The notes under the pieces were generated by a model. That model was not told the origin of the DNA, did not search any database, and saw nothing but the letters and a program-made list of their open reading frames with translations. From NCBI GenBank assembly GCA_050253415.1, contig JBFWJC010000009.1, positions 1 through 40,740 of the forward strand: DNA of 40,740 nucleotides, read 5' to 3'. How positions within the stretch are numbered: the first letter of the stretch is position 1; each line of letters opens with the position of its first letter. Of the stretch, positions 8,863 through 16,755 are shown in pieces. The stretch is from Pedobacter sp. GTDB lineage: Bacteria; Desulfobacterota; Desulfuromonadia; Desulfuromonadales; Syntrophotaleaceae. Both the position numbers and the translations under genes were made by a program.

Positions 8863-9177
8863 ATGAGCAACGATAATGGTGTTTGGGGCAAGCATTCGGA
8901 GTTTGTACGCGAACAATATGGTATTGGAGCAGAGTGGGAGATTTGTTGGATGGGTATCGACATTGATGCTCTTCCTGACGGCCCGGAAGAGCTTGAGGTG
9001 GATGTTGGTTTTCTAGGACCACATGAGGCGATAGAAAAGCACCTTCAACTATTTAAGGCCCCGGCAGGCTGGCTTTTATGCGGTCTTTACAATTCGGATA
9101 CTGAATCCTGGTTTATGGCCATGATCCGATCGGAAGATTACCAGAGGATCAATGACGAAGAGAAGGGCGCAGCATGA
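8863..9177 (+). CDS. Hypothetical acidic protein
   Basis: 104 aa, AGGAG RBS upstream, ATGA overlap with next gene. Confidence 0.75.
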   Translation: MSNDNGVWGKHSEFVREQYGIGAEWEICWMGIDIDALPDGPEELEVDVGFLGPHEAIEKHLQLFKAPAGWLLCGLYNSDTESWFMAMIRSEDYQRINDEEKGAA

Positions 9178-9437
9178 GCGCCAGTTTATTGAGCGGCCAT
9201 CGAGCATCTCTACTGGTGGCCTTGGAGCTTATCGGATCCGGTTGCGGGATCCTTGGGGCATTACTGATGGCGATTAACCCTGGGGAGTTTGCCGCAATCG
9301 CTTTTCCGATTTGGCTGATCAGTTCGCTGCTCTTGTCGGTATTTGCTTACCTGTCACGGCTGAAATACTTACTAGGCTTACAACTGACATTCACTGTTAT
9401 CAACGTTATGGGTGTAATTAACAGCTTTGGGGGATAA
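9174..9437 (+). CDS. Small hypothetical membrane protein (about 3 TM)
   Basis: 87 aa hydrophobic, translationally coupled to upstream ORF. Confidence 0.75.
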   Translation: MSASLLSGHRASLLVALELIGSGCGILGALLMAINPGEFAAIAFPIWLISSLLLSVFAYLSRLKYLLGLQLTFTVINVMGVINSFGG

Positions 9438-9438
9438 G

Positions 9439-9461
9439 AAAAAGGCTCCAAATGGAGCCTT
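9439..9461. terminator. Intrinsic terminator between convergent operons
   Basis: AAGGCTCCA-AA-TGGAGCCTT stem with A-run on left (U tail for minus strand). Confidence 0.75.
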
Positions 9462-9471
9462 AGGTGGTTTT

Positions 9472-9588
9472 TTAACTGTGCTTGTGGTTTTGCTTGTGCT
9501 TGTGGTGTAGAGCGATACCCAAGGCACCGGCACCAATAACAATTACCGTAGCAAATCCGACAAGCTGCATTAGCATTTCAGTAGTCAT
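9472..9588 (-). CDS. 38-aa single-TM peptide with His/Lys tail
   Basis: AGGAGG RBS, ATGA overlap with upstream stop; MTTEMLMQLVGFATVIVIGAGALGIALHHKHKQNHKHS. Confidence 0.7.
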   Translation of the reverse strand: MTTEMLMQLVGFATVIVIGAGALGIALHHKHKQNHKHS

Positions 9589-9776
9589 TTGGCACCTCCT
9601 GTGTTTATTGAAAGTATACCATAAACAGAAACCAGCAACATTAAAAGAAGCAAACAAGCAACTATAAACCCAAACCAGTCACCATTCTGGAATGCAGGAT
9701 AGCCAAATGCTCCAAATTGACCAAATGCTGTAATTTCTACAGCCCTAGCCAGAAAAGTTTTTTGTTCTTTATTCAA
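9585..9776 (-). CDS. 63-aa membrane protein
   Basis: AAGGAGGAG RBS then TTG at 9776; MNKEQKTFLARAVEITAFGQFGAFGY...hydrophobic C-half. Confidence 0.7.
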   Translation of the reverse strand: MNKEQKTFLARAVEITAFGQFGAFGYPAFQNGDWFGFIVACLLLLMLLVSVYGILSINTGGAK

Positions 9777-9779
9777 GGC

Positions 9780-9944
9780 ACTCCTCCTTCGTGAAAGAGA
9801 TACACCTTGTCCTACTAGGAAGGCGTATCCCAGTAGGGTTAAAAACAAAAAGCATTACTTATTTTAAAACGCGCAACTACGTTTTTTTAAGGGTGCTGTC
9901 ATTTGACAGCAAGGGCTTCGTTCAGGATGGAACGATACATATTT
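9780..9944 (-). repeat. Structured leader repeat, copy A
   Basis: 28-bp identity (9917-9944) with 12599-12626 plus covarying hairpins shared with copy B. Confidence 0.8.
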
Positions 9945-9980
9945 ACCCTTCAATAATAACGATTGAACAAATGATTTTCC

Positions 9981-10009
9981 AGTATAAATTAACCGTTGTG
10001 ACTGAACAA
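9981..10009 (-). promoter_or_regulatory. Putative sigma70 promoter for leader A
   Basis: TTGTTC-N17-TATACT. Confidence 0.5.
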
Positions 10010-10561
10010 TTTGTTTAACGCCCTGAATACGGTAGCCCTAGACACACCATAATCTCGCCCAATATCTTCGACACTTCTTTCGTTTTCCGGGGAGTCCAGA
10101 ATCATTTTGATTGATTTCGCCTGTGCTGTCGACAGCTTTGGTTTTCGACCGCCTTTTCTTCCTCTTGCACGGGCTGCCTTAAGGCCCGCTGACGTTCTTT
10201 CGCGAATGATATTCCTTTCGAACTCGGCCAAGGCGCTGAAAATATGAAATATCAACTTTCCGGATGGCGTGGATGTCTCAATGTTGTCGGTAATTGATAC
10301 AAATTGAATACCGCGTTCGCTTAGATCGTTGACGATGTTGATCAGGTCTTTAATTGACCGGCTAAGCCGGTCAAGTTTCCAAACGACCAACGTGTCTCCA
10401 GAGCGCAGCGCCTTGAGCACATTCAATAATTCGGGGCGGTCATTCTTTGCACCGGACCCGGTTTCTTCGTAGATCGTCTCACAACCAAACTCTTCAAGGG
10501 CATCCTTTTGCAGAGCCAGGTCTTGCTTGTGTGTCGAAACTCTTGCGTAGCCGATTCGCAT
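9989..10561 (-). CDS. Serine recombinase (resolvase/invertase family)
   Basis: MRIGYARVST, GDTLVVWKLDRLSRS, RERT.AGL.AARARGRKGGR, C-terminal HTH (GVSRATVFR). Confidence 0.95.
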   Translation of the reverse strand: MRIGYARVSTHKQDLALQKDALEEFGCETIYEETGSGAKNDRPELLNVLKALRSGDTLVVWKLDRLSRSIKDLINIVNDLSERGIQFVSITDNIETSTPSGKLIFHIFSALAEFERNIIRERTSAGLKAARARGRKGGRKPKLSTAQAKSIKMILDSPENERSVEDIGRDYGVSRATVFRALNKLFSHNG

Positions 10562-10562
10562 A

Positions 10563-11063
10563 TTACAACCTTACAATTTCATCAAGGTCATTACGTGCCT
10601 GTGATTCTCGCTCTTTAATTCTTTCTTCTACCAGAACCCATCGAACACCTTGATATTCTGCCAATACAGGAGGGCGGTGCAAAGTCTCAAAATAAGAGCG
10701 CAATCTTTCGCTCACGGTGCAGCCTTTTTTGATAGCAGCGATTTCCTTTGAATTTTTCGACGGTGTAAGTTCAGTTAAGTCTTGAATTTTGGCTTCATGC
10801 TCATTTATTTTTCGTATAACCTTAGCCCATAAAACCCCCATTACATTGCCCAAAATGCCAAGAATTCCTACAAAAATCACAAAAACGGGGTTTAAAAAAT
10901 AAACATACAATACCGCGTTCAATATAGCTAAAAATAAAATGCCTAAGGTGAAGCTATTGTATTTTTGATACTCTTCTTCATTGGTTTGGAGCTGTTTTTT
11001 TCGGGTGAGTAACTCTTTTTCAATTTCTTCATGGGTCGGCGGGACTTTCATATCAAACAACAT
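10563..11063 (-). CDS. Hypothetical 2-TM membrane protein
   Basis: 166 aa, coiled-coil-like N-terminus, two hydrophobic segments, GGAGA RBS, abuts resolvase. Confidence 0.75.
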   Translation of the reverse strand: MLFDMKVPPTHEEIEKELLTRKKQLQTNEEEYQKYNSFTLGILFLAILNAVLYVYFLNPVFVIFVGILGILGNVMGVLWAKVIRKINEHEAKIQDLTELTPSKNSKEIAAIKKGCTVSERLRSYFETLHRPPVLAEYQGVRWVLVEERIKERESQARNDLDEIVRL

Positions 11064-11153
11064 AGTCTTCTCCGAGATTTATCGTCACTACCTTAAGTAA
11101 TATCATTCAATACTATTATCTGGAATACTCTTTTCCAGAACCGGCCAATCAAT

Positions 11154-11399
11154 TTAAAAGTTTTGATGGTAGCGTGTAAAGACTCCGAACAAATAATCAA
11201 CTTCGAAAATTTCTAGGTCATAGAGCTTTTGAAACATTTCTTCGATACAAGCGGATGGCTTTTTTCCCGGAAAATGGAAAGTCATCTCGCCATGCTTGAA
11301 TGACGTCATGTAATTCGAACGCAATTCTTCAGGTTCATTGGAATCATTATTGACGATGTGAATTAGGATGTTTTCGTATTCAGACATAAATAGTCTCAT
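11154..11399 (-). CDS. Hypothetical protein
   Basis: 81 aa ORF (alternative start 11387). Confidence 0.5.
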   Translation of the reverse strand: MRLFMSEYENILIHIVNNDSNEPEELRSNYMTSFKHGEMTFHFPGKKPSACIEEMFQKLYDLEIFEVDYLFGVFTRYHQNF

Positions 11400-11525
11400 A
11401 TCTTAATGTTGTTATTAGTTTTTGAACCTTTGATTATGATACCTAATTATGAAACTGATTTTTAAAAAATAAAGTGATTTTCTGAATACTTCTTTTGGAG
11501 TATCATAAATATACGTTTGTGAGAC
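11393..11525. other. Putative res site for the serine recombinase
   Basis: Repeated GTNTCATA / TATGANAC half sites; dyad GTATCATA-N10-TGTGAGAC at 11500-11525; AT-rich, upstream of resolvase operon. Confidence 0.5.
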
Positions 11526-11538
11526 TCTTATGGGCAAT

Positions 11539-11563
11539 AAAAAAGGCCGCATTTGCGGCCTTT
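11539..11563 (-). terminator. Intrinsic terminator
   Basis: AAAGGCCGCA-TT-TGCGGCCTTT stem with A6 run. Confidence 0.8.
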
Positions 11564-11572
11564 GTGTAAAGC

Positions 11573-11689
11573 TTAATGAGCTTCTTTAAGTTTTTGTCTG
11601 CGCTTTAATTCTTTGTCGATTCTCAGGCCAATATAAAATAGCCCTGAACCAAACAGGAAAGCAGCGAACAATAAAATGTAAGTCAACAT
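11573..11689 (-). CDS. 38-aa single-TM peptide with basic tail
   Basis: Not in ORF track; AAGGAG RBS; MLTYILLFAAFLFGSGLFYIGLRIDKELKRRQKLKEAH; followed by terminator. Confidence 0.7.
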   Translation of the reverse strand: MLTYILLFAAFLFGSGLFYIGLRIDKELKRRQKLKEAH

Positions 11690-11703
11690 TTGGTACTCCT
11701 TCC

Positions 11704-11985
11704 TTATAGTCCAGTTTTAATTAATTTAATTCCCATTATAGCAAATATACTGGCCAGTACAATTCTGGCTAATATTTCTAGTTCCGGGGAGCCTGCGTTT
11801 ACGCCGACTAACAAACCAAAAAATCCTGAACCGATTATGACAAACCCAAGGCTCTCTTTTAAAGATTTCAATTTTATTTCTTCAGCATCTGCTAAATGAT
11901 TGAAGAAGTCCTCAAGAGAATCTCGCAAAAGAAAGAAAATAATTGTAAAAAGCCAAAAAAGGCCAATGAACTTAAGAACAATCAT
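11704..11985 (-). CDS. Hypothetical membrane protein (about 3 TM)
   Basis: 93 aa hydrophobic, GAGGGG RBS. Confidence 0.75.
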   Translation of the reverse strand: MIVLKFIGLFWLFTIIFFLLRDSLEDFFNHLADAEEIKLKSLKESLGFVIIGSGFFGLLVGVNAGSPELEILARIVLASIFAIMGIKLIKTGL

Positions 11986-11997
11986 CTTCGTACCCCT

Positions 11998-12429
11998 CTA
12001 GGCCAAAGCCCAAATTTTCTTTTCTTTCTGGAAGCGATAACCGGTTTGTTTTACGATTGCCACTTTCCATTTGAAAAGTTCATCCTTAAACTGGATTTCG
12101 ACATATTTGGCCATTGCTTTTGAGCGATGCCACTTTCGAGCATCATTCACAAATGGCTTCAGGCCGATCTGGTTTAAGAACTGACGTTGAGCATCTGAAG
12201 GGTGGTCGTATAACTCGAACACCTCCAGTTGACGCTTAAGATTATTCGCTTGAACCTTTTCGTTACTTGCAGAACTTCTGCTCGTTGAGCTTTGGCCGTT
12301 GTTTTCGGCCTTGTCGCCAAAAAACAATTTGGCCAAATTAACTTCCGCGCCCGTGAATAAGACGATTGGAAGCAAACAAATAACGCAAGCAAGCTTAAAA
12401 ATGTTGAATAGAATTTTGAATAGTCTCAT
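11998..12429 (-). CDS. Hypothetical protein with N-terminal membrane anchor
   Basis: 143 aa, AGGAGA RBS, first gene behind leader B. Confidence 0.75.
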   Translation of the reverse strand: MRLFKILFNIFKLACVICLLPIVLFTGAEVNLAKLFFGDKAENNGQSSTSRSSASNEKVQANNLKRQLEVFELYDHPSDAQRQFLNQIGLKPFVNDARKWHRSKAMAKYVEIQFKDELFKWKVAIVKQTGYRFQKEKKIWALA

Positions 12430-12626
12430 GGTGTATCTCCTGATTTAGAAATAAAAAAGGGGATACACCAAGCCCCATCGGGGAAGGAATATCCCCAATG
12501 GGTTTAAGAAAAGTTTTAAGCAAGACCTCCGATCAATGATCGTTGTCGGCAAGTGAGGTCGAAGGCCGACTAAGGGTACCGTCAAGCGACGGCAAGGGTT
12601 CGTTCAGGATGGAACGATACATATTT
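12430..12626 (-). repeat. Structured leader repeat, copy B
   Basis: Homologous to 9780-9944; GGTGTATCCCC can pair with upstream GGGGATAT or with RBS GGAGATACACC. Confidence 0.8.
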
Positions 12627-12640
12627 TCAAATCAAAGTTG

Positions 12641-12669
12641 ATTCTAAATTATCCTTCTTTCACTGACAA
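12641..12669 (-). promoter_or_regulatory. Putative sigma70 promoter for leader B
   Basis: TTGTCA-N17-TAGAAT. Confidence 0.6.
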
Positions 12670-12670
12670 G

Positions 12671-13942
12671 TTATTTAAAAGAGATTACTTTTTGTTTTGG
12701 TCGAATCAGTTTATCAGTTAATTTAACGCTATTTGCTTTTTGTCGTGAGCCACCATCCTTTGTTTTAATTCCTAACTCACCATATTGAGATAAGTCAAAT
12801 AGTGCTTTTTGGAAGTGATTCAACCCCGCAGGAGTTGCTGTTTGAATTGCATCTTGAATAAAGCTTTGGACACTTATAATTTCTTGATTATAAGAATGGA
12901 ATTTATCTAAGAGTTCTGTTTGTAAAGCTTCTACGGTAAGACTACCTGATTGATCATCAAAGGTGAAGTCAAAACCAGATTGAATATCATTTTCAGGATC
13001 ATATTCAAACATACTGATGCCATGCCCGGCATCTTGTACAATTTCATTAGAGGTTTCCCAAAACACTTGATTCATTTCTTCACGAGCCCTGAAATTGTTT
13101 GATAGATGTAGATAAAGATAGGCTCGGTTACTTTTTTGTGACCTAATGAATAATGAATTACCCCAAGTAGCTCCAGATTCCTTATGATATGCACTTGCAA
13201 TCGTGTATTGAATAGCGATTCTTTCCAGTTTTTTATTTAGTCCAGGTGCACTCCTAAACTGTTCAATGACTTCGTCGGTAATGATATGATCAATACCTGC
13301 ATTTTTAAGGGCTGTTTTATATCTGGGATCTTCGCTAATATAGGAAATAATATTATCTGTTGAAAGTGTCAAAATTACTTCAGCGCGGTTGCCGAGTGTT
13401 GAAAATATCTGTTTTATATGAGCTAGAGTAGCGTCTTTATAGCCATATTGATCCAACAAAAAAATAACTTTACATCTTTTCTGATTTAGTTTTTTTAAAA
13501 GAATTGGAAGCGCATCATGAAATGTATTTTGAATGACATGGATGTCTTGATCGATTCTTGAACGGTAGCCATAGCTGTCTAAGGTTTGATTTAAGCTTTG
13601 AATCGCATATTTACAGCTGTCAATGAAGTATTTATCACCAATTACTTGAAAGTCCTTCACCTTGTGCATATCTTTTCTATATGCAGTGCAAGCAGCTTCA
13701 GCTTCTTTAAGACTTTCTAGAATAATCAAAGGTGACCCCAAGTGCAGATTGCCTGAAGAGGTATTATAAATGCCACCACCAGAAAAACCATCCACAATAT
13801 CTAAGTTGATTTTCTCTTGCATGGGATTTGGAGATAATGCTTTAACGAATCGAATGAGGTACTCTCTGAGAGCTTCATGTTTTGCAAGACTATGATCTTC
13901 AATTATTGAACCATCTTCCCATTCATATTCTTTTTTTGGCAT
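12671..13942 (-). CDS. tcmP: Three-Cys-motif partner protein (TcmP-like, methyltransferase-fold)
   Basis: HSLAKH, IVDGFSGGG, GSPL, FLLDQYGY motifs; adjacent to DUF5131. Confidence 0.85.
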   Translation of the reverse strand: MPKKEYEWEDGSIIEDHSLAKHEALREYLIRFVKALSPNPMQEKINLDIVDGFSGGGIYNTSSGNLHLGSPLIILESLKEAEAACTAYRKDMHKVKDFQVIGDKYFIDSCKYAIQSLNQTLDSYGYRSRIDQDIHVIQNTFHDALPILLKKLNQKRCKVIFLLDQYGYKDATLAHIKQIFSTLGNRAEVILTLSTDNIISYISEDPRYKTALKNAGIDHIITDEVIEQFRSAPGLNKKLERIAIQYTIASAYHKESGATWGNSLFIRSQKSNRAYLYLHLSNNFRAREEMNQVFWETSNEIVQDAGHGISMFEYDPENDIQSGFDFTFDDQSGSLTVEALQTELLDKFHSYNQEIISVQSFIQDAIQTATPAGLNHFQKALFDLSQYGELGIKTKDGGSRQKANSVKLTDKLIRPKQKVISFK

Positions 13943-13959
13943 TAATCCATATTCCTTAT

Positions 13960-14727
13960 TTATCGAAGCTCAACATTGATACCTTGTATAGTTGGTTTCT
14001 GATAATCGGGCATATCATCCCAATATTTTCCTTTTAACATCCGACCGTTTTCTTTTTTAGAGCGTTTTTTTCCATCTGCCCCCCAGCCTCCCCATTGTTT
14101 AAAGAAGAAGCTAACATCGGCTTTTTCACATTGTTCTTGGATGTTTTCCGCCCATTCACCTTTCATGGGTCTTGCTTTAGGACCGGATTCTCCACCGACA
14201 ATTACCCAGTCAATGCCTTCAAGATTTATTCGACCTAAATCTTCCAATAAAGGTTCTACTGACAGAAAGCGAATAGTGGCATCAATTGTTCTTAGATGAT
14301 CGATTCTTCGAAGCCCTTGTTTCTGATTCTCGACCGTTACTCCAATCCAAGCATTACTTGGTGGAGTGCGTTCCTGAAAATAGTCCGCCATTCTTTGCGA
14401 ACGCTTCGTAAGGATTTGATAAATATGATGTGGCGTTTCATCAATAACATTGAAAATACGATCAATAAATTCAAATGGTACCTTTTCATGGAATAGATCA
14501 CTCATTGAGTTTACAAAGTATTTTGTCGGTTTTTTCTTTCTGAGAGGTTGTTCAAGGCGGTTCCCCATCATGCTCACTTCAAAACCGTTTTCATAGCCAG
14601 GTGTATTCATTGCTTTAAGGCGTTTTGCCATAGCTTCAGCATAGCAATGTTTACAACCATCTGATACTTTGTCACACCCAGTTACAGGATTCCAAGTTTC
14701 TTCAGTCCATTCAATTTTTGAGCCCAT
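13960..14727 (-). CDS. DUF5131 (phage Gp37/Gp68) radical-SAM-like protein
   Basis: SKIEWT..TWNPVTGCDKVSDGCKHCYA (CX6CX2C), FVNSMSDLFH, WVIVGGESG, FFFKQWGG. Confidence 0.93.
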   Translation of the reverse strand: MGSKIEWTEETWNPVTGCDKVSDGCKHCYAEAMAKRLKAMNTPGYENGFEVSMMGNRLEQPLRKKKPTKYFVNSMSDLFHEKVPFEFIDRIFNVIDETPHHIYQILTKRSQRMADYFQERTPPSNAWIGVTVENQKQGLRRIDHLRTIDATIRFLSVEPLLEDLGRINLEGIDWVIVGGESGPKARPMKGEWAENIQEQCEKADVSFFFKQWGGWGADGKKRSKKENGRMLKGKYWDDMPDYQKPTIQGINVELR

Positions 14728-14853
14728 AACAAACTCCAAAATAAAAATAAAAACCTATTTTACAATAATACAGTCTAGAGGAAAGTGAATTGACCTTGTT
14801 CATGCGTTTATTTCCAAGGTGCATCTTGACAAGGGAATCGGATTTGTCACACT

Positions 14854-15438
14854 CTAAACCGTGGCCTCAGTCAAGCCTTGTAACATTAATTCAACTTTTC
14901 TTTTAATCTGTTCACTTGAACGAATATCGTCTTTTGAAAAACTCACATAATTAATACCAGCAGATCGGCATATTTGTTTGATGATTTCGTCTCTTTTCTG
15001 AACATTTTCATTACTGGAAGAGCCTCTTGCCCGGGCACCATAGACTTCAACAATACAAACCGGATTCATGTTCCGGTCTGTTAGGAGCATATCAACCCTG
15101 TTTCCACCAATCAAATGCTTGATGTTTTCGCTATAAACAATAAACTCTCCAACGCATACTTGCGGATAACAATAGAGGCCTGCTTTTAATTTAGATAGAG
15201 AGGCTAAAATTTCAAAAAATACCTTTTTTTCGCCGGGATTCAGTAATGCGTTCTTGTGTAATTTAGGGGCAGAACGAATCAGTTCAATATCTTGTTGATG
15301 TGAAGAAATTTCAGTTTCTTCAACTGTTGTCTTGGAATCTTCTTTAAAACCTCTGGGGTTAGGCTCCTTTTTATTTTTCAGGAACAAAACGAGAAGTACC
15401 ACAAAAATTAAAAGTATAAATAATGCTTCAATCGTCAT
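14854..15438 (-). CDS. DUF2726-domain protein with N-terminal TM
   Basis: LLNPGEK, PQV, RVDMLL, IVEV, KRDEIIKQIC..AGI pattern. Confidence 0.75.
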   Translation of the reverse strand: MTIEALFILLIFVVLLVLFLKNKKEPNPRGFKEDSKTTVEETEISSHQQDIELIRSAPKLHKNALLNPGEKKVFFEILASLSKLKAGLYCYPQVCVGEFIVYSENIKHLIGGNRVDMLLTDRNMNPVCIVEVYGARARGSSSNENVQKRDEIIKQICRSAGINYVSFSKDDIRSSEQIKRKVELMLQGLTEATV

Positions 15439-15556
15439 AATATTCAAATACGTATAATAAACTAGAGATATGGATTTTGCCTCATCGTCCATAAATACGC
15501 AAATTTGGTATCAATTTGCCTCAATTCAAAAATAATTTAAACCGGTATAAAAAGGA

Positions 15557-15599
15557 GTGCTTGCTTGCCAAGCACGAGTTTTGTAAGCACGAAGTGCTT
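15557..15599. repeat. Cluster of GTGCTT/AAGCAC hexamers (putative operator or centromere-like site)
   Basis: GTGCTT-N7-AAGCAC-N9-AAGCAC-N3-GTGCTT in divergent intergenic region. Confidence 0.5.
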
Positions 15600-15709
15600 A
15601 TTAAAGATATTGAATTTGTCCCAACATCTTAATCCCAAATTGAAACAGTTCTATAATGTTGAAACAATATAAAGCGTTGATTTTAAAAGAAAAATATTAA
15701 AAATAATTG

Positions 15710-15737
15710 TTGACAGACTCGATTAAACCCGTAAAAT
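15710..15737 (+). promoter_or_regulatory. Putative sigma70 promoter
   Basis: TTGACA-N16-TAAAAT upstream of 15773 ORF. Confidence 0.6.
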
Positions 15738-15772
15738 GGGAACCAAGAACGAACGAAATTGAGGATACTACA

Positions 15773-16054
15773 ATGAACAACACTGAACATAAAAGCCCTT
15801 GGAACAGCGATGCCGCCACTGCTGGCAAACTGGCTCCTAAATGGTTCGATAACGCTGTGTTCCGCGCGCTAGGATTCATGGCAGGCAAATTGTTTGCGCT
15901 GGCCGCTGGTCTGTTAGCCTTGTTGACGCTTGGGTTGATTAGAGGTGTGGCAGAAGCTGACTTTAAGGCTCCAGACAACGATGGCTGGGCAGGCGAAACG
16001 ACCTCTGAAAGTGATGAACGTGAGCGCTGGGCAGGAAGAGGTCGAAACTTTTAA
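15773..16054 (+). CDS. Small membrane protein, candidate entry-exclusion factor
   Basis: GAGGA RBS, central TM, acidic C-tail, own promoter and terminator, convergent with traG. Confidence 0.65.
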   Translation: MNNTEHKSPWNSDAATAGKLAPKWFDNAVFRALGFMAGKLFALAAGLLALLTLGLIRGVAEADFKAPDNDGWAGETTSESDERERWAGRGRNF

Positions 16055-16082
16055 ACTCTATCAGTATGCGGAATATAGAAAT

Positions 16083-16106
16083 AAGGGGGCAATAAGCCCC
16101 CTTTTT
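16083..16106 (+). terminator. Intrinsic terminator
   Basis: AAGGGGGC-AATAA-GCCCCCTTTTT. Confidence 0.85.
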
Positions 16107-16165
16107 CATTTGTAAATAACCCGCTAGAATGTAACTTTTGAAGCATGGTACTTAGTGATTAGCCG

Positions 16166-16750
16166 ATGGAATTTTCAAATATTGTTAAAGGTCAAGTAAC
16201 TCAAACTCTTGTTAAAACGCTTTTTGAGGAATCTGGCTATCGTGTTGAACGGCTTGGGATTGAAGAACTCATAAGGGATGTAAAAAAGCTTGATAAAGAA
16301 TCTTATAAAGCCTTAAGTTTGCCAAATAGCTTGCGAAAGATTCCCGATTTATTCATAACGGATGCCTGTATGGATAATGCTTGGTTAGTTGAAGTTAAAT
16401 ATCGACGACGACTGGATAAACGCAACACTCAATCCTTATGCAAGGTTTTACAAAACCAATATGCTTTTTGGCCTGATACCTATGTCATATTGATCAATGG
16501 CGACAGCATTGATGAAAAGAAGCATCAAGATATTATCCGCGTGGTTACACCATCGTCATTTGAAAAAATGCCAAATCAACTCAAATATAAGCGTCCAAGT
16601 TTTTATTGGTATTCAGAGCCTTTACACAAAGTCTTTTCCGAATTTGAATGGCGAAACAGTAACGGCCACAAAAACTCGATCAATGCAGATAGCATTGCGG
16701 TATCAGTAGTAAAATATCTTACATCTCTTGATGAAGTCTCAAGTTTTTAA
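16166..16750 (+). CDS. Putative PD-(D/E)XK nuclease-fold protein
   Basis: LFEESGYRVERLGIE, IPDLFI...LVEVKYR. Confidence 0.65.
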   Translation: MEFSNIVKGQVTQTLVKTLFEESGYRVERLGIEELIRDVKKLDKESYKALSLPNSLRKIPDLFITDACMDNAWLVEVKYRRRLDKRNTQSLCKVLQNQYAFWPDTYVILINGDSIDEKKHQDIIRVVTPSSFEKMPNQLKYKRPSFYWYSEPLHKVFSEFEWRNSNGHKNSINADSIAVSVVKYLTSLDEVSSF

Positions 16751-16755
16751 ATGTT

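Noticed and set aside
9899..9940. Leader peptide MYRSILNE... at the start of both leaders
   Set aside because: A 1-bp indel changes frame between copies after 8 codons and RBS is weak; conservation looks structural rather than coding
15697..15978. 93-aa minus-strand ORF
   Set aside because: Antisense to the 15773 gene, which has promoter, RBS and terminator support
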